DNA from: Vulcanimicrobiota bacterium
GTDB lineage: Bacteria; Vulcanimicrobiota; Vulcanimicrobiia; Vulcanimicrobiales; Vulcanimicrobiaceae
NCBI GenBank assembly: GCA_963795855.1
Contig: CAWCIZ010000001.1
Coordinates: 448,001 to 512,000, forward strand
Direction: 5' to 3'
Length of the DNA stretch: 64,000 bases
The notes under the pieces are model-generated. The model saw only the letters and a program-made list of their open reading frames with translations. It ran no database searches and was not told the origin of the DNA. This document shows, piece by piece, positions 20,440 through 34,164 of this stretch. Each line of letters begins with the position of its first letter. Position 1 is the first letter of the stretch. The position numbers were made by a program, and so were the translations under genes.

Positions 20440-21327
20440 ATGATGACTGCAGGGATAAGCACGCAGCGAAAACCGCAAACCGTAACGGCCAGCCTCGCAC
20501 AAGGCATGCTGCTTCTGGCCGAGTCCAGTCCGACTCCGCGCGCGGACGCGCAGATCCTGCTCGCTTTCACGCTCGGACGGGAACGCGGATGGCTCCTCTC
20601 GCACGGGGAGAGCTTTTAAGTCGAGCGCAATCGGACAAATACGCCGCTCTTTGCGAGAAGCGCGCAATGGGAATGCCGGTCGCCTACATCACGGGATTTG
20701 CCGGATTTTTCGGCCGTGAATTCGCGGTCAACGAACACGTGCTCATTCCGCGGCCCGACGGAGCATTTGGTGGAGGATGTACTCGCGCATCTGCGCGCTC
20801 AAGCCCGGACACTGGTCACGGTTTTCGAAGCGGGCGTGGGCAGCGGCGCGATCGCGTGCACAATTGCCGCGGAAGTTCACGGTGCATTCGTCGAGGGAAC
20901 CGACGCCAGCGCGGCCGCGCTCAAGGTCGCGGATTACAACGCGCGGCGCCTGAACGTTCACACGCGCTGCGCGTTTCATTATGCGGACGTCGTAAAGGAC
21001 AACTCCGAAAAAAGCTATGACGCGATCCTCGCGAACCTGCCGTACATCCCGACTGCCGACGTGCCGTCCAAGCCGGATGCCGTCGGTTTCGAGCCGCGGA
21101 TGGCGCTGGACGGCGGCCCCGACGGCTTGATGCACTATCGAAAGCTGCTCGCGGCGGCGCCGCGCATGCTTCGGCCCCGAGGCGTGCTGCTGATGGAAGC
21201 CGCTCCCCCGACCATCGGGCCGCTCCGCGACCTCGCCGCCGCGGCATTCCCGCAGGCCGCCTTGGAGGTCCGGCGCGATTACGCGGGCCTGGATCGATAC
21301 GTGTTCGTTACGAACGCGCCGGCATGA
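20440..21327 (+). CDS. prmC: Release factor glutamine methyltransferase, two frameshifts (near 20615 and 20760)
   Basis: PVAYITG..FFGREF..VLIPRP, GVGSGAIA, NLPYI, EPRMALDGGPDGL split over three frames; follows prfA. Confidence 0.9.
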
Positions 21328-23750
<2,423 letters not shown>

Positions 23751-23772
<22 letters not shown>

Positions 23773-24782
23773 CCCTCGACGCGCGCATCACGCGACAACT
23801 GTCCGTCGGCATGAAAACGTACGCGCGAGAACTCGCCGAACGTTTGCCCCGAGTTGCGCCCGATTTGCGCTTCGTCGCGTTTCGGCAGGGCACGAACTTC
23901 GGCTGGGACGAGCAGGTGCGCCTTCCCCGCGCCATCGCCCACAGCGGAGCCGCATTGACGCATTTCCTCTCGATCTACACACCTGCATTGCCGCCGCGGC
24001 CTTACGTCGTGACAATCCACGATTTGATTCACTTGCGTTTCCCGCAGTACTTCAAGTCCAAAGTGCCGCTTTATTATAAGACGCTCGTGCGCCTGGCCGC
24101 GCGGCGCGCCGCGCGCGTCATCACCGACGACGAGCGGACTATCGAAGACCTGCATGCGTTTCTCGGCGTGCGTCGCGAGCGAGTGCGCGTCGTCCCGCTC
24201 GGCGTCGAAGATCGCTTCTTGGCCGACGTAGAACCGGTCCGCGCGCCGCGCCCGTATCTGCTGTACGCCGGCAACCATCGCGAGCACAAAGACATCGCGA
24301 CGCTGCTTGCGGCATGGGCGTCGCTGCCCGAATCGTACGAGATCGATTTGTACCTGACCGGCGAGGACGACTTCGCCGGAGCGCTGCAAGCGCGCTCGAC
24401 GCCGGCGCGGCGGGCCGTCGCGCTGGGTGAGGTTGCGCACGATGAACTCCCGCGTTATTACGCGGGAGCGAAAGCGCTCGTGCACCCCGCGCTGCTCGAG
24501 GGGTTCGGCCTGCCGATGCTCGAGGCCATGGCTTGCGGATGCCCGGTAGTCGCGACCCGGGAGTCGCTGCCGGGCGCGCTCGGCGGCGCGGCGCTGACTT
24601 TCAACGCCGGAGACGTCCGCGGCGCGCGCGAGCAAATCGTGCGGCTCCTCGACGATGACGCCCTGCGCTTGCGCGCAGTGCAAGAAGGTCGGCGCCGGGC
24701 ACGGACGCTGACGTGGGACCTCTGCGCCGCGCAGACCGCGGAGGTTTACCGCGAAGTGTTGCGCGAAAGCGCACGCCAATGA
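23751..24782 (+). CDS. Glycosyltransferase family 4
   Basis: VVTIHDLI, EGFGLPMLEAMACGCPVV. Confidence 0.9.
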
Positions 24783-26302
24783 AACGCGTCACCGCACTTC
24801 TCGCCGCGATGCTCCTGCTGTTGGGCGCGACGCCGCAGCATGCGCGGCGCCCAGTCGGAAATCGCGTGCTTCCGATCGCGCTGGTGCTCAACGGTACGCG
24901 TCTTGCCGTGAATCCGCCGCCCATTTTCTACAAATATCATTTGCTCGTGCCGGTGCGTCGTATTCTCTCCGCGCTGGGGCTCAGTTTTGAAAAGGACGGC
25001 CGTTACGTGCGAACTTACGCGGGCGCGAAAACGATTCAACTTCTCATCGGCAGCACCGTCGCGCAAGTCGATAATCAGCCCGTCGTGCTGGACGCGGCGC
25101 CGGTGGAGATAAAGAACGTCTTGTACGCGCCGCTGCGATTTTTTACCGAGGCGCTGGAGGCACAGGCAGTGTACAACCGCCAGACCAACAGCGTCGAGAT
25201 CGTCTCGACGCTAGTCGGCCGCTCCGGAAACGGGATCGTCGACAACGTCAACGGGGACGTGCAAATGCTCGGCACGATCACCAAGGTCGACTTGGACTCC
25301 GATCCCCCCAGCATAACGCTCACGCACAACGCGTCGGTGCGAACGATTACCGTCACGCCGGACGTTTCGGTCATGGTTCAGGACGTGAACGCCGGAACCA
25401 GCAACGCCGGCGATCTCACGCAAATCCACACGGGCGATTACGCGCACCTTTATCTGAACAAGCAGGGCACGATCAAACGTATCGTCGACGCGTTCGGCTC
25501 GCGTAGCGGAACGATCGCGGCACTCGCGTCGCAGCAGATCGTACTCGACGACGGACATGTAATCGTTCCTACGCGTGCGACCACGATAACACTCAATGGG
25601 GCCGATGCGACCGTCGACAAGTTGGCAGTCGGAGACGTGCTGATGGTGCGGTACAACATCGACAGCTCGGAACCGCTGCAGATTTTCGCCACGCGTCCGG
25701 CGGTGACGGCCGCGCCGGTGCAGACGGGCGTCGCGATCGGCGGCATCGACGTGTCGCCGCAGAGCCCGCTGCGGGCAGGCCAGTCGCTCAGCGTAACGCT
25801 TCGCGGAACGCCCGGCGGAACGGCCGGATACGACATCGGCCCGTACGTGCGCAATCTGAATCTGACCGAACAGCAGCCCGGCGTTTACACGGGAACCTAC
25901 ACGATCGCACGCGGCCAGAACTTCACGGATGCGCCGATTCTCGGACGGTTGAACGTGCGCGGGACCGATGCGCCGCAGGCGGTTTCGCAGACGACCGTTT
26001 CGGTTTCCACCGAGGCGCCGGGCATCATCGATTTCGCCCCCGATGAAGGTTCGGTCGTCAACAACGCTCGTCCGAGCATTTACGCGACTTTTTCGTCGGG
26101 AACAGTGGCGGTCAATCCGTCGAGCGCGCGGCTGGAGATCAACGGTCACGACGTGACTTCCAGCGCCGTGCGCAGCGCGCGCTTCATCCATTACACGCCG
26201 GGGATCGACTATGCGAACGGCCCGATGCGCGTCACCGTCAGCGTGTCCGACGCGGCGGGCAACACTGCGACGAAAAACTGGACGTTTTTCATAAGGAAGT
26301 AG
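24779..26302 (+). CDS. Secreted protein with copper amine oxidase N-terminal (stalk) domain and Ig-like C-terminal domains
   Basis: Signal peptide; LLVPVR..LG and LDAAP..YAPLRFF.EAL motifs; C-terminal VSDAAGN..W.F. Confidence 0.75.
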   Translation: MKRVTALLAAMLLLLGATPQHARRPVGNRVLPIALVLNGTRLAVNPPPIFYKYHLLVPVRRILSALGLSFEKDGRYVRTYAGAKTIQLLIGSTVAQVDNQPVVLDAAPVEIKNVLYAPLRFFTEALEAQAVYNRQTNSVEIVSTLVGRSGNGIVDNVNGDVQMLGTITKVDLDSDPPSITLTHNASVRTITVTPDVSVMVQDVNAGTSNAGDLTQIHTGDYAHLYLNKQGTIKRIVDAFGSRSGTIAALASQQIVLDDGHVIVPTRATTITLNGADATVDKLAVGDVLMVRYNIDSSEPLQIFATRPAVTAAPVQTGVAIGGIDVSPQSPLRAGQSLSVTLRGTPGGTAGYDIGPYVRNLNLTEQQPGVYTGTYTIARGQNFTDAPILGRLNVRGTDAPQAVSQTTVSVSTEAPGIIDFAPDEGSVVNNARPSIYATFSSGTVAVNPSSARLEINGHDVTSSAVRSARFIHYTPGIDYANGPMRVTVSVSDAAGNTATKNWTFFIRK

Positions 26303-26305
26303 TGC

Positions 26306-26653
26306 ATGAGCGATCCGAACTGCATCTTTTGCAAAATCGTCCGCGGCGAGATACCCGCAACATTCGTGCACCGCGACGACGACATTGCGGCGATCGAAGA
26401 CGTCAACCCGCAGGCACCGGCGCACGTACTCGTTCTGCCGGTCGAGCACGTGCCGAACCTCGAGGCGTTCGCGGCCGCCGCATCGCCCGAACGTATAGCG
26501 AACCTCCTGCGCGTGGCCGGACGGATAGGCCGCGAACGCGGTGAGAACGGATTTCGCATGGTGGTCAACACCGGCGCGGACGGCGGTCAGACCGTCGAGC
26601 ATCTGCACGTGCACGTGCTGGCCGGCCGCGGCATGCAGTGGCCGCCGGGATAG
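26306..26653 (+). CDS. HIT family (histidine triad) nucleotide-binding protein
   Basis: CIFCKIV, HLHVHVLAGR..WPPG. Confidence 0.95.
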   Translation: MSDPNCIFCKIVRGEIPATFVHRDDDIAAIEDVNPQAPAHVLVLPVEHVPNLEAFAAAASPERIANLLRVAGRIGRERGENGFRMVVNTGADGGQTVEHLHVHVLAGRGMQWPPG

Positions 26654-26782
26654 CAATTTTTGTAAAGATCTTGTCCGTGAGATGACAAGCGCGCGGTTTT
26701 TTACTCTGCTGCTGCGCATAAGTATGGACGCGGCTGAGAAGCCGCCGGCGCCGATTTTGTTGCCTGCATCTGTGGAGGATGT

Positions 26783-26848
26783 ATGTCCAGCACAACGCTT
26801 CGTGTCGGATTTTTCACCGAGACCGGATGCGTTATTTTCGTGCGCTGA
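26783..26848 (+). CDS. Putative 21-aa small protein MSSTTLRVGFFTETGCVIFVR
   Basis: GGAGG at 26774-26778, ATG 26783, TGA 26846-26848 directly followed by a terminator. Confidence 0.4.
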   Translation: MSSTTLRVGFFTETGCVIFVR

Positions 26849-26877
26849 AGAGGAATCCAATCGGGTTCCTCTTTTTT
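26848..26877 (+). terminator. Intrinsic terminator
   Basis: AAGAGGAATCC-aatc-GGGTTCCTCTT stem then T run. Confidence 0.8.
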
Positions 26878-27049
26878 ATTGTTTGTCCGACGCAACCGCT
26901 TTGGAGCAACGCCGTCAGCGGCTGCGTGCAATAGACCTTGCGGGCTGGGCCCGCTTGTGCTATCGTCGCTAGTCGGGGGCCCGCGTGGCGGGCCCCCGAA
27001 ATTTTCGTGTGCCGGAAAGCCGGCCCGAGCCGAAAGGGGGGTTGAAATA

Positions 27050-27220
27050 ATGGAAGTACGCGTTGCTCCGGGCGAATCCATCGAGAGCGCGCTGCGCCGT
27101 TTCAAGAAAGCCACCCAGAAGGCCGGCGTCTTGGCGGAAGCGCGCAAGCACGAGCATTACGAGAAACCGAGCGTCCGCCGCAAGAAGAAATCGGCCGCCG
27201 CCCGTAAGCGCCGCGCCTGA
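27050..27220 (+). CDS. rpsU: 30S ribosomal protein S21
   Basis: [32 protein letters not shown]. Confidence 0.97.
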   Translation: MEVRVAPGESIESALRRFKKATQKAGVLAEARKHEHYEKPSVRRKKKSAAARKRRA

Positions 27221-27666
27221 TGGCCGCGCTCAAAGACCGCATCGCTGCCGATTTGAAGGACGCGATGAAGGCACGCGATCAACTTCGGGTCGACACATTG
27301 CGGTCGGCCCTTTCCGGTTTCACCTACAAGCGAACGGAAGCAGGCGTCGATCTCAGCGAATCCGACGAATTGGACGTCGTGCGCAAACAGGTGAAGCAGC
27401 GCAACGATTCGTTCTCCGAATTTCAAAAAGCCGGACGAACCGATTTGGCCGACAAAGAGCAAGCCGAGCGCGAGATTTTGTTGGCGTATTTGCCGGCGCA
27501 AAAGTCTGCGGATGACGTCCGGGCGCTCGTCAAGGCGATAATCGCCGAGTTGCCCGAGGGCGGACGCAATCAAGGCGCCGTCATGAAAGGTGCAATGTCG
27601 GAACTCAAAGGGCTCGCGGACGGCAATCTGGTCCGCCAAATCGTCACCGAAGAGCTCGCCCGCTGA
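27220..27666 (+). CDS. yqeY: GatB/YqeY domain protein
   Basis: LKDRI..DLKDAMKARD, KQRNDS..F.KAGR.DL, YLP; follows rpsU. Confidence 0.92.
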   Translation: MAALKDRIAADLKDAMKARDQLRVDTLRSALSGFTYKRTEAGVDLSESDELDVVRKQVKQRNDSFSEFQKAGRTDLADKEQAEREILLAYLPAQKSADDVRALVKAIIAELPEGGRNQGAVMKGAMSELKGLADGNLVRQIVTEELAR

Positions 27667-27711
27667 AGTAGATAGGCGGAACTTTCCAGAAGCGAGCAGG
27701 TAGCTCGTATC

Positions 27712-28371
27712 ATGGAACTGGTTCATGCGCTCAACACACCGCTGGTCAGTGCCGCCCTCCTAACGGTGGGGCTTCTTGGCCTGCTGCTCGAGATGCAGAC
27801 GCTTCACGGTGTCGCGGGCCTCGTCGGGCTGGGCGCCCTTGGCCTGTTCTTCGCAGGTCACATCGCGGCCGGTGCGAGCGGGCCGCTCGTTATCGTGTTG
27901 GCCGTCGCCGGCATCGCCGGTATTCTCTGGGAGCTGCATGTCGTTCCCGGACACGGTGCGCCAGGCATCATCGGCGGAGCACTGCTGCTGCTCTCCATCT
28001 TACTCGCGTTCGGCACGCCCATGATCTTCGTCGCGATGCAAACGGTCGCGACCGCGATCGTTCTGACCGTCGTGCTGTTCTATCTCGCGACGCGCGTCTT
28101 TCCCGAGAACGCGTGGATTGCGAAACTCACCTTCGCCGGTGCGCAAGGGAGCGATTACGTTGCCAGTTCGGACTACACGTCGCTCGTGGGGAAGAGCGGC
28201 GTTGCCGCGTCGTATCTGCGCCCTGCAGGCGTCGCGTTGTTCGACGGTCAACGCGCCGACGTGCTGACGCAGGGCGAGTTCATTCAGGAGGGGACCCCCG
28301 TTCGAGTGACGCGCGTCGAGGGTGCGCGCATCTTCGTGGAGCCGATCGAGCTCCCGAGTTATAAGGAGTAA
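27712..28371 (+). CDS. NfeD family membrane protein (YqeZ-like, short form)
   Basis: Hydrophobic N-half; C-terminal LVGKSG....[20 protein letters not shown]; precedes floA. Confidence 0.88.
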   Translation: MELVHALNTPLVSAALLTVGLLGLLLEMQTLHGVAGLVGLGALGLFFAGHIAAGASGPLVIVLAVAGIAGILWELHVVPGHGAPGIIGGALLLLSILLAFGTPMIFVAMQTVATAIVLTVVLFYLATRVFPENAWIAKLTFAGAQGSDYVASSDYTSLVGKSGVAASYLRPAGVALFDGQRADVLTQGEFIQEGTPVRVTRVEGARIFVEPIELPSYKE

Positions 28372-28376
28372 GCATC

Positions 28377-29396
28377 GTGGTTGCAGCGAGCGCGGCGATT
28401 ATTTTCTTCGTCGTCATCATTGTGCTCATTGCGTTCCTCTACTACGTTCCGGTTGGACTGTGGTTCACATCGGTTGCGTCCGGCGTTCCGGTCAGCATCG
28501 GATCGCTCATCGGCATGCGATTCAGGCGCGTGCCGCCGAGCCTCATCGTGAACACGCTCATCACGGCGCGCAAAGCGGGACTCTCTCTCACGGCGGACCA
28601 GTTGCAGTCGCATTACATGGCGGGCGGCAACATCGAGAACGTCGTTCGCGCGATGATCGCGGCGCAGCGCGCGCAGATACCGCTGGAATGGCAGCGCGCA
28701 GCGGCGATCGATTTGGCGGGACGGAACGTGCTGGAAGCGCTGCAGACATCTGTAAATCCGAAAGTAATCGAAACGCCGATTTTCCAAGGCGTCGCGCAGA
28801 ACGGCATTCAGCTCAACGTCAAAGCGCGCATCACGGTGCGCAGCAATCTCGACCGCTACGTCGGCGGAGCGGGCGAACCGACGATCATCGCGCGCGTCGG
28901 TGAAGGCGTCGTATCGGCGGTCGGTGCGGCCGTCGATCACAAGGAAGTACTCGAGTATCCCGACCGCATTTCCAAGATGGTGCTTGCAAAAGGGCTCGAC
29001 GCGGGCACCGCGTTCGAGATCGTCTCCATCGACATTGCGGACGTAGACGTCGGCAAGAACATCGGCGCGGAACTGCAGATGTCGCAAGCGGAAGCCGACC
29101 GCCGTATCGCGCAGGCGAAGGCGTCGGAACGGCAATACGCCGCATTGGCCGCGGAGCAGGAAATGAAGGCCGAAACACAGCGCATGCGCGCCAAAGTGGT
29201 CGAGGCGGAAGCAGCCGTTCCGCAAGCGATTTCCGAAGCGTTCCGCAGCGGAAATCTCGGCATCATGGACTACTACAAGATGAAGAACATCCAAGCCGAT
29301 TCCGACATGCGCGGCTCGATTTCGACCAGCGTCGCCGCCTCGACGGACAACGGCTCCGCGTCGCCGCCTCTGGCAGCGCCGGCGAAGGCGCCGTAA
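28377..29396 (+). CDS. floA: Flotillin-like protein FloA
   Basis: [45 protein letters not shown]. Confidence 0.93.
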   Translation: MVAASAAIIFFVVIIVLIAFLYYVPVGLWFTSVASGVPVSIGSLIGMRFRRVPPSLIVNTLITARKAGLSLTADQLQSHYMAGGNIENVVRAMIAAQRAQIPLEWQRAAAIDLAGRNVLEALQTSVNPKVIETPIFQGVAQNGIQLNVKARITVRSNLDRYVGGAGEPTIIARVGEGVVSAVGAAVDHKEVLEYPDRISKMVLAKGLDAGTAFEIVSIDIADVDVGKNIGAELQMSQAEADRRIAQAKASERQYAALAAEQEMKAETQRMRAKVVEAEAAVPQAISEAFRSGNLGIMDYYKMKNIQADSDMRGSISTSVAASTDNGSASPPLAAPAKAP

Positions 29397-29512
29397 GTGG
29401 ATCCGAGACGCCCGCTGCAGGGCATCTTCCAAGATGGGAATACATTGCTCCGAGCGATCATCGCGAGCGAAGTCCTCGCCGCGCCCGCGGCGCTGCGGCG
29501 GGACGAGCATCT

Positions 29513-30482
29513 TTGGGAGAACGATCTCTGGATTCAACAACCGAACGAAGCGTCGACCTGAGCCCTCTTACCGATCATTTTCGCCTCTTCGGAAAGTTCG
29601 ATCAAAATCTCTCGGCGCTCGAAGACGCTCTGTCGGTCGCACTTCGCGTCGATGGCAACAGTCTGGTTCTTCACGGGGAGAGCTCGGCCGTCAATCAGGC
29701 GTACGACGTCGTGAAGCGCATGCTCGACGCAGCGGTTCGCGGTGCGCAGGTTACGCCGGACGACGTCGCGCTCGCCACTTCCGATGTGCTTCGCGGCCGC
29801 GCTGAAACTGCGCTTCCCGAAACGCTGTACCGATCGCACCGCGGCAAGGAGATCCGCCCGAAGACAGCCGGGCAGCGCGCGTTCGTCGAATCGATCGATC
29901 GCAACACGCTTACGTTCGGAATCGGGCCTGCCGGAACGGGAAAAACGTTTCTCGCCGTCGTTATGGCCGTTCGCGCGCTGCGCGGGCGTGAATCGCGCCC
30001 GTGTGATTCTCTCGCGCCCGGCGATCGAAGCCGGCGAAAAGTTGGGATTTCTTCCGGGCGATCTGAAAGAGAAAGTCGATCCGTATTTGCGACCGCTGTA
30101 CGACGCGCTCGAGGAGTTGCTCGACGCTGCCGTAGTGGAGCGATATTTGGAGCGCGGCATCATCGAAGTGGCTCCGCTGGCGTACATGCGCGGGCGCACG
30201 CTTTCCGACGCGTTCGTCATTTTGGATGAAGCGCAAAACGCGACGCGCGATCAGCTGAAAATGTTTTTGACGCGCCTCGGGGCGGGATCGAAGATGGTCG
30301 TCAACGGGGACGTCACGCAAGTGGATTTGCCGGGCGGCGCAAAGAGCGGCTTGACGGAAGCTCCGCGGCGCTTTCGCGATATCCAGGACATCGGCGTCGT
30401 CGAATTGACCGAGACCGACGTGGTGCGGCACCCGCTCGTCTCGAAAATCATTCGCGCATACGCGCGTCAAGACGGCGAATGA
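29513..30482 (+). CDS. phoH: PhoH family ATPase, frameshift near 29990
   Basis: [11 protein letters not shown] in the first frame; [28 protein letters not shown] in the second. Confidence 0.92.
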
Positions 30483-30919
30483 TATACTTTCACAACGCCG
30501 TCAAGAACAGCGGTGTGGACACGCGCCGCTTCAAGACCGTCGCCCGCAAACTGCTGCGTGAAGTCGACGAGCCCGATTCCGCGCTCTCCATTTCGCTCGT
30601 CGGCGACGGCGTGATTCACGAGTTGAACGCGCAGCATCGCGGCAAAGACAAAGCAACGGACGTCCTCAGTTTTCCCTTGAATCCGACCCAAGGCGTTCCG
30701 GAGCGATTGCTCGGGGACGTCGTCATCAGCATCGACACTGCGCGCCGGCAAGCCGCCGACTACGACGCGCCGCTTCAGGACGAGCTCTACCGGCTGCTGA
30801 TCCACGGCATTCTGCACGTGCTCGGGCACGATCACGAGCGGCCGGCAGAGCGGGCGGCCATGGAGGCCGAAGAACGCCGTCTGGCAGCGGCTATCGGCAT
30901 GCCGTGGCCCTATGATTAA
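30479..30919 (+). CDS. ybeY: rRNA maturation endoribonuclease YbeY
   Basis: [25 protein letters not shown]. Confidence 0.95.
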   Translation: MIYFHNAVKNSGVDTRRFKTVARKLLREVDEPDSALSISLVGDGVIHELNAQHRGKDKATDVLSFPLNPTQGVPERLLGDVVISIDTARRQAADYDAPLQDELYRLLIHGILHVLGHDHERPAERAAMEAEERRLAAAIGMPWPYD

Positions 30920-31686
30920 CATGCACGAGCACAAACCGCGCGAGCAGCACCCCGAACACGAGTACGTGCGCATCACCGAAACGAAGTTCTGGAAATCGTT
31001 TCACTATGCGTTCGCCGGTATTTTGTATGCGGTGCGTACGCAGCCGAACATGCGCGTACATCTGTTCATCGCCGCGCTGGTGCTGGTGGCGACGCTCCTG
31101 TTGCGGCTCGAGCGCATTTACGTCGTCGCGATCGTCATTACGATCGTGATCGTCTTCAGCTCTGGAACTGATGAACACCGCCGTCGAAGCGGTCGTCGAT
31201 CTCCTGACGGTAGCGCACCACCCGCTCGCGAAGACGGCGAAGGACGCCGCCGCCGGCGCCGTTTTCGTATCGACGGTCGGCGCGGTCATCGTCGGTTACC
31301 TCGTCTTCTACCAGGGCATTCAGCAGGGCGGTACGCGCGTGTACGACGCCGTCGCGCAGGTGCCGGCGAACGTGATTCTCATCGCGCTGGCGCTCACCGC
31401 GATAGCAACGCTCTTTGCGAAGGCGTGGGTCGGTCGCGGCTCCCCGTTCCAGGGCGGCGCCGTTTCCGGGCATACCGCCCTGGCGTTTGCCGCCTCCACG
31501 GGCCTCGCGCTGTTCTACCAGCGGCCGCTCGTAGCGGTGCTGGCGTACTTCGTGGCCCTGCTCGTGGCGCAGAGTCGAGTCGAGGCGCGGATCCACACGA
31601 CGTTCGAGGTGACGTGGGGCGCCGTGCTGGGGACCTTGGTGGCCCTCGCCGTCTTCCTCTTGGTGCGGCCGCACCTTATGCTATAA
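30912..31686 (+). CDS. dgkA: Diacylglycerol/undecaprenol kinase with C-terminal PAP2-like domain, frameshift near 31160
   Basis: SFHYAFAGI..QPNMRVH; ELMNTAVEAVVD..AKDAAAGAV; SGHTALAF, SRVEARIH. Confidence 0.85.
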
Positions 31687-31692
31687 TCCGGC

Positions 31693-33033
31693 TTGCAATT
31701 GGAACCTCTAAGTAGCCAGCCGGTCCCGCACGCCATCCCATCGTACGAAATCGCCGCCCTGGCGGTGCTCGTGCTGCTGGCGGCGTTCTTTGCAGCCTCG
31801 GAAGCAGCCCTCGTCGGGGTCTCGCGCCTGCGCGCACGCGCCATGATGGAGCGCGGGGTCAAGCGGGCCCGAGCGGTCGTCCACCTGGTGGAAGATAAAA
31901 ACCGATTCCTGACCTCGATCCTGATCGGCAACACGATCGTGCTGCTGATTGCGGACTCGCTCGCGACCTACGTCTTCATCGCAGCCGGCATTCCGAACGG
32001 CGCAATCATTTCAACCGTCGTCATGACGTTCATCTTGCTGTTGTTCGGCGAGATTATTCCGAAGACGGTGGCCGTTTCCGACAACGAACGGTGGGCGCTG
32101 CGTTTGGCGCCGACGATGCGCCGCGCCGCTTGGCTTCTGACGCCGCTCGTATATTTGTTTCAGTTTCTGACGAATTGGATTCTGCGCCCGTTCGGAATCA
32201 AGCACACGCATCCGATATTCGTGACCGAAGAAGACATCCGCGCCATCGTCAACGTGGGCGCCGAACAGAACGTGCTCGAGGAGCAGGAGCGCGAGATGAT
32301 CCATTCGGTCATCGAGTTCGGCGACACGATCGTGCGCGAAGTGATGACGCCGCGCCCGAACGTCGTGGCCGTTGCAATCGACGATTCGCCGCGCCGCGCG
32401 CTCGACGTCGTGATCGCCGAAGGCTACTCTAAACTCCCCGTGTATCAAGAATCCAAAGACGACATCGTCGGCGTCGTGCACGATCGCGAACTGCTGATCA
32501 GCCTTGCGGACGGTACGATCAGTTCGACGCCGATTCGCTCGCTGATGCGTGCCGTCACGCACGTTCCGGAGAACAAGAAAATCGCGGAACTGCTGCGCGA
32601 GATGCAGCGCGACAAATTTTCGATGGCGATCGTCGTGGACGAATACGGCGGAACGGCGGGGCTGGTGACAATGGAGGATCTGCTCGAAGAGATCGTCGGC
32701 GAGATTCGCGACGAACACGACGAAGGCGAAGAGGAGCCCGTGCGAATGGTGAACGAGCAGGAAGCAGTCGTGGATTCGGGCGTGAACATCGAGGACGTCA
32801 ACGCGAAACTCGGCACGCATCTCCCGCACGAAGAATTCGAAACGATCGGCGGCTTTACGGTCGGACTCTTCGGGCGCTTACCGAGCGAAGGCGAGGAAGT
32901 AGAAGCGGACGAGCACACCAGACTGAAAGTGGACCGGATGCGCGGGCGCCGCATCATGGCCGTGCGCGTTTACAGCAACGGTAAACTCGGCGCCACGAAC
33001 GGCGCGCCGCCCGCGGAGGAAAATGAATCCTGA
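31693..33033 (+). CDS. Hemolysin/CNNM family protein (DUF21 + CBS pair + CorC domain)
   Basis: FFAASEAAL, FGEIIPKT, VREVMTPR, VDEYGGTAGLVTMEDLLEEIVGEI. Confidence 0.92.
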   Translation: MQLEPLSSQPVPHAIPSYEIAALAVLVLLAAFFAASEAALVGVSRLRARAMMERGVKRARAVVHLVEDKNRFLTSILIGNTIVLLIADSLATYVFIAAGIPNGAIISTVVMTFILLLFGEIIPKTVAVSDNERWALRLAPTMRRAAWLLTPLVYLFQFLTNWILRPFGIKHTHPIFVTEEDIRAIVNVGAEQNVLEEQEREMIHSVIEFGDTIVREVMTPRPNVVAVAIDDSPRRALDVVIAEGYSKLPVYQESKDDIVGVVHDRELLISLADGTISSTPIRSLMRAVTHVPENKKIAELLREMQRDKFSMAIVVDEYGGTAGLVTMEDLLEEIVGEIRDEHDEGEEEPVRMVNEQEAVVDSGVNIEDVNAKLGTHLPHEEFETIGGFTVGLFGRLPSEGEEVEADEHTRLKVDRMRGRRIMAVRVYSNGKLGATNGAPPAEENES

Positions 33034-33412
33034 ATCGCTGGTAGCGCGCGCAAAGGAGATGCGCCAACGCGCGTACGCGCCGTATTCCGGCTTCACGGTG
33101 GGTGCGGCACTCGTTACGCAGGACGGCTCGGTGTTCGGCGGTGCGAATGTCGAAAACGCGAGCTACGGGGTCGGGATTTGCGCGGAGCGGACTGCCGCAG
33201 TGTGCGCAGTCGCAGCGGGGCACCGGGTTTTTCGAGCGATAGCCGTGGCTGGGCCTGAGTCGACCGTTGCGGCGCCGTGCGGCGCGTGCCGGCAGTTTCT
33301 GAACGAGTTCAATCCCCAACTCACCGTTATCTACACCGCCCCGAACGGTGTGCGTGAAACGACGTTGGATCGGCTGCTTCCGGACGCATTCGGTCCCAGC
33401 AACTTGCAATGA
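33023..33412 (+). CDS. cdd: Cytidine deaminase
   Basis: AYAPYSGF.VGAA, NVENASY, CAER, PCGACRQ. Confidence 0.96.
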   Translation: MNPESLVARAKEMRQRAYAPYSGFTVGAALVTQDGSVFGGANVENASYGVGICAERTAAVCAVAAGHRVFRAIAVAGPESTVAAPCGACRQFLNEFNPQLTVIYTAPNGVRETTLDRLLPDAFGPSNLQ

Positions 33413-34164
33413 GCGCGCCGCAGCGCTCGTACAAAACCGCGGCCGTCGTTCTGCGCGGACGCACGTACGGTGAAGCGGATCGCATTCTCACCTTGTACAC
33501 AAGCGAGCGCGGAAAAATCGATGCTATCGCCAAAGGCGCGCGCCGCACGAAAAGTCATCTGGCGGGACGCCTCGAGTTCGGAAACGAGGTGCAGCTCGGC
33601 ATGCATCGCGGACGCAACCTCGACGTCGTCGTATCCGCGGATATTCTGACCGCGCATTGGCAGCGCTTGGTGCAGCCCGAGCGTTTCGCGGCGGCAAATC
33701 TCGTCCTCGAACTCATCGATGCGTTTTGCGAACCGGATTTAGCGGCGCCGGACGTGTACGGGCTGCTGACCGCCGCACTGCGCGCGATCGGACAGAGCGA
33801 CGAGCCGCTCGCGCTGCTGCCGCGATTTTCGATGCGCTTGTTGGATGCGCTCGGTCTGGCTCCGCCGGTCGACGTGTGCGTGCACTGCGGCAAGGCGTTC
33901 GAAAGCGGAACGGCGTGGCTTGATGCCGAGCAGGGCGGCTTCGGATGCGAGAACTGTCGAGCGAGCTGGCGCGATGCGCCGAGGCTGAGCATCGAAGACG
34001 TGCGCAACCTCCAGGCCATAGCCGCAGCGCCGGGATCGGCGGTCGCTCCGGCTCTTCGCGCAAATCGTGCCGTCGCACAGGCGATCGAAGCATTGGTGAA
34101 CCATCATCTCGGCCGCCGGCCGAAAGCGGGAGTGCACGCGCTGGAGTTCGTAAGGGGCTCCTAA
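33409..34164 (+). CDS. recO: DNA repair protein RecO
   Basis: VLR...YGEADRILTLYT..GK..AIAKGAR; Zn finger CVHC...CENC. Confidence 0.92.
   Translation: MSAPQRSYKTAAVVLRGRTYGEADRILTLYTSERGKIDAIAKGARRTKSHLAGRLEFGNEVQLGMHRGRNLDVVVSADILTAHWQRLVQPERFAAANLVLELIDAFCEPDLAAPDVYGLLTAALRAIGQSDEPLALLPRFSMRLLDALGLAPPVDVCVHCGKAFESGTAWLDAEQGGFGCENCRASWRDAPRLSIEDVRNLQAIAAAPGSAVAPALRANRAVAQAIEALVNHHLGRRPKAGVHALEFVRGS

Noticed and set aside
20440..21327. Programmed frameshifting or pseudogenisation of prmC and other split genes
   Set aside because: The window-wide indel pattern, including housekeeping genes, is better explained by sequencing error
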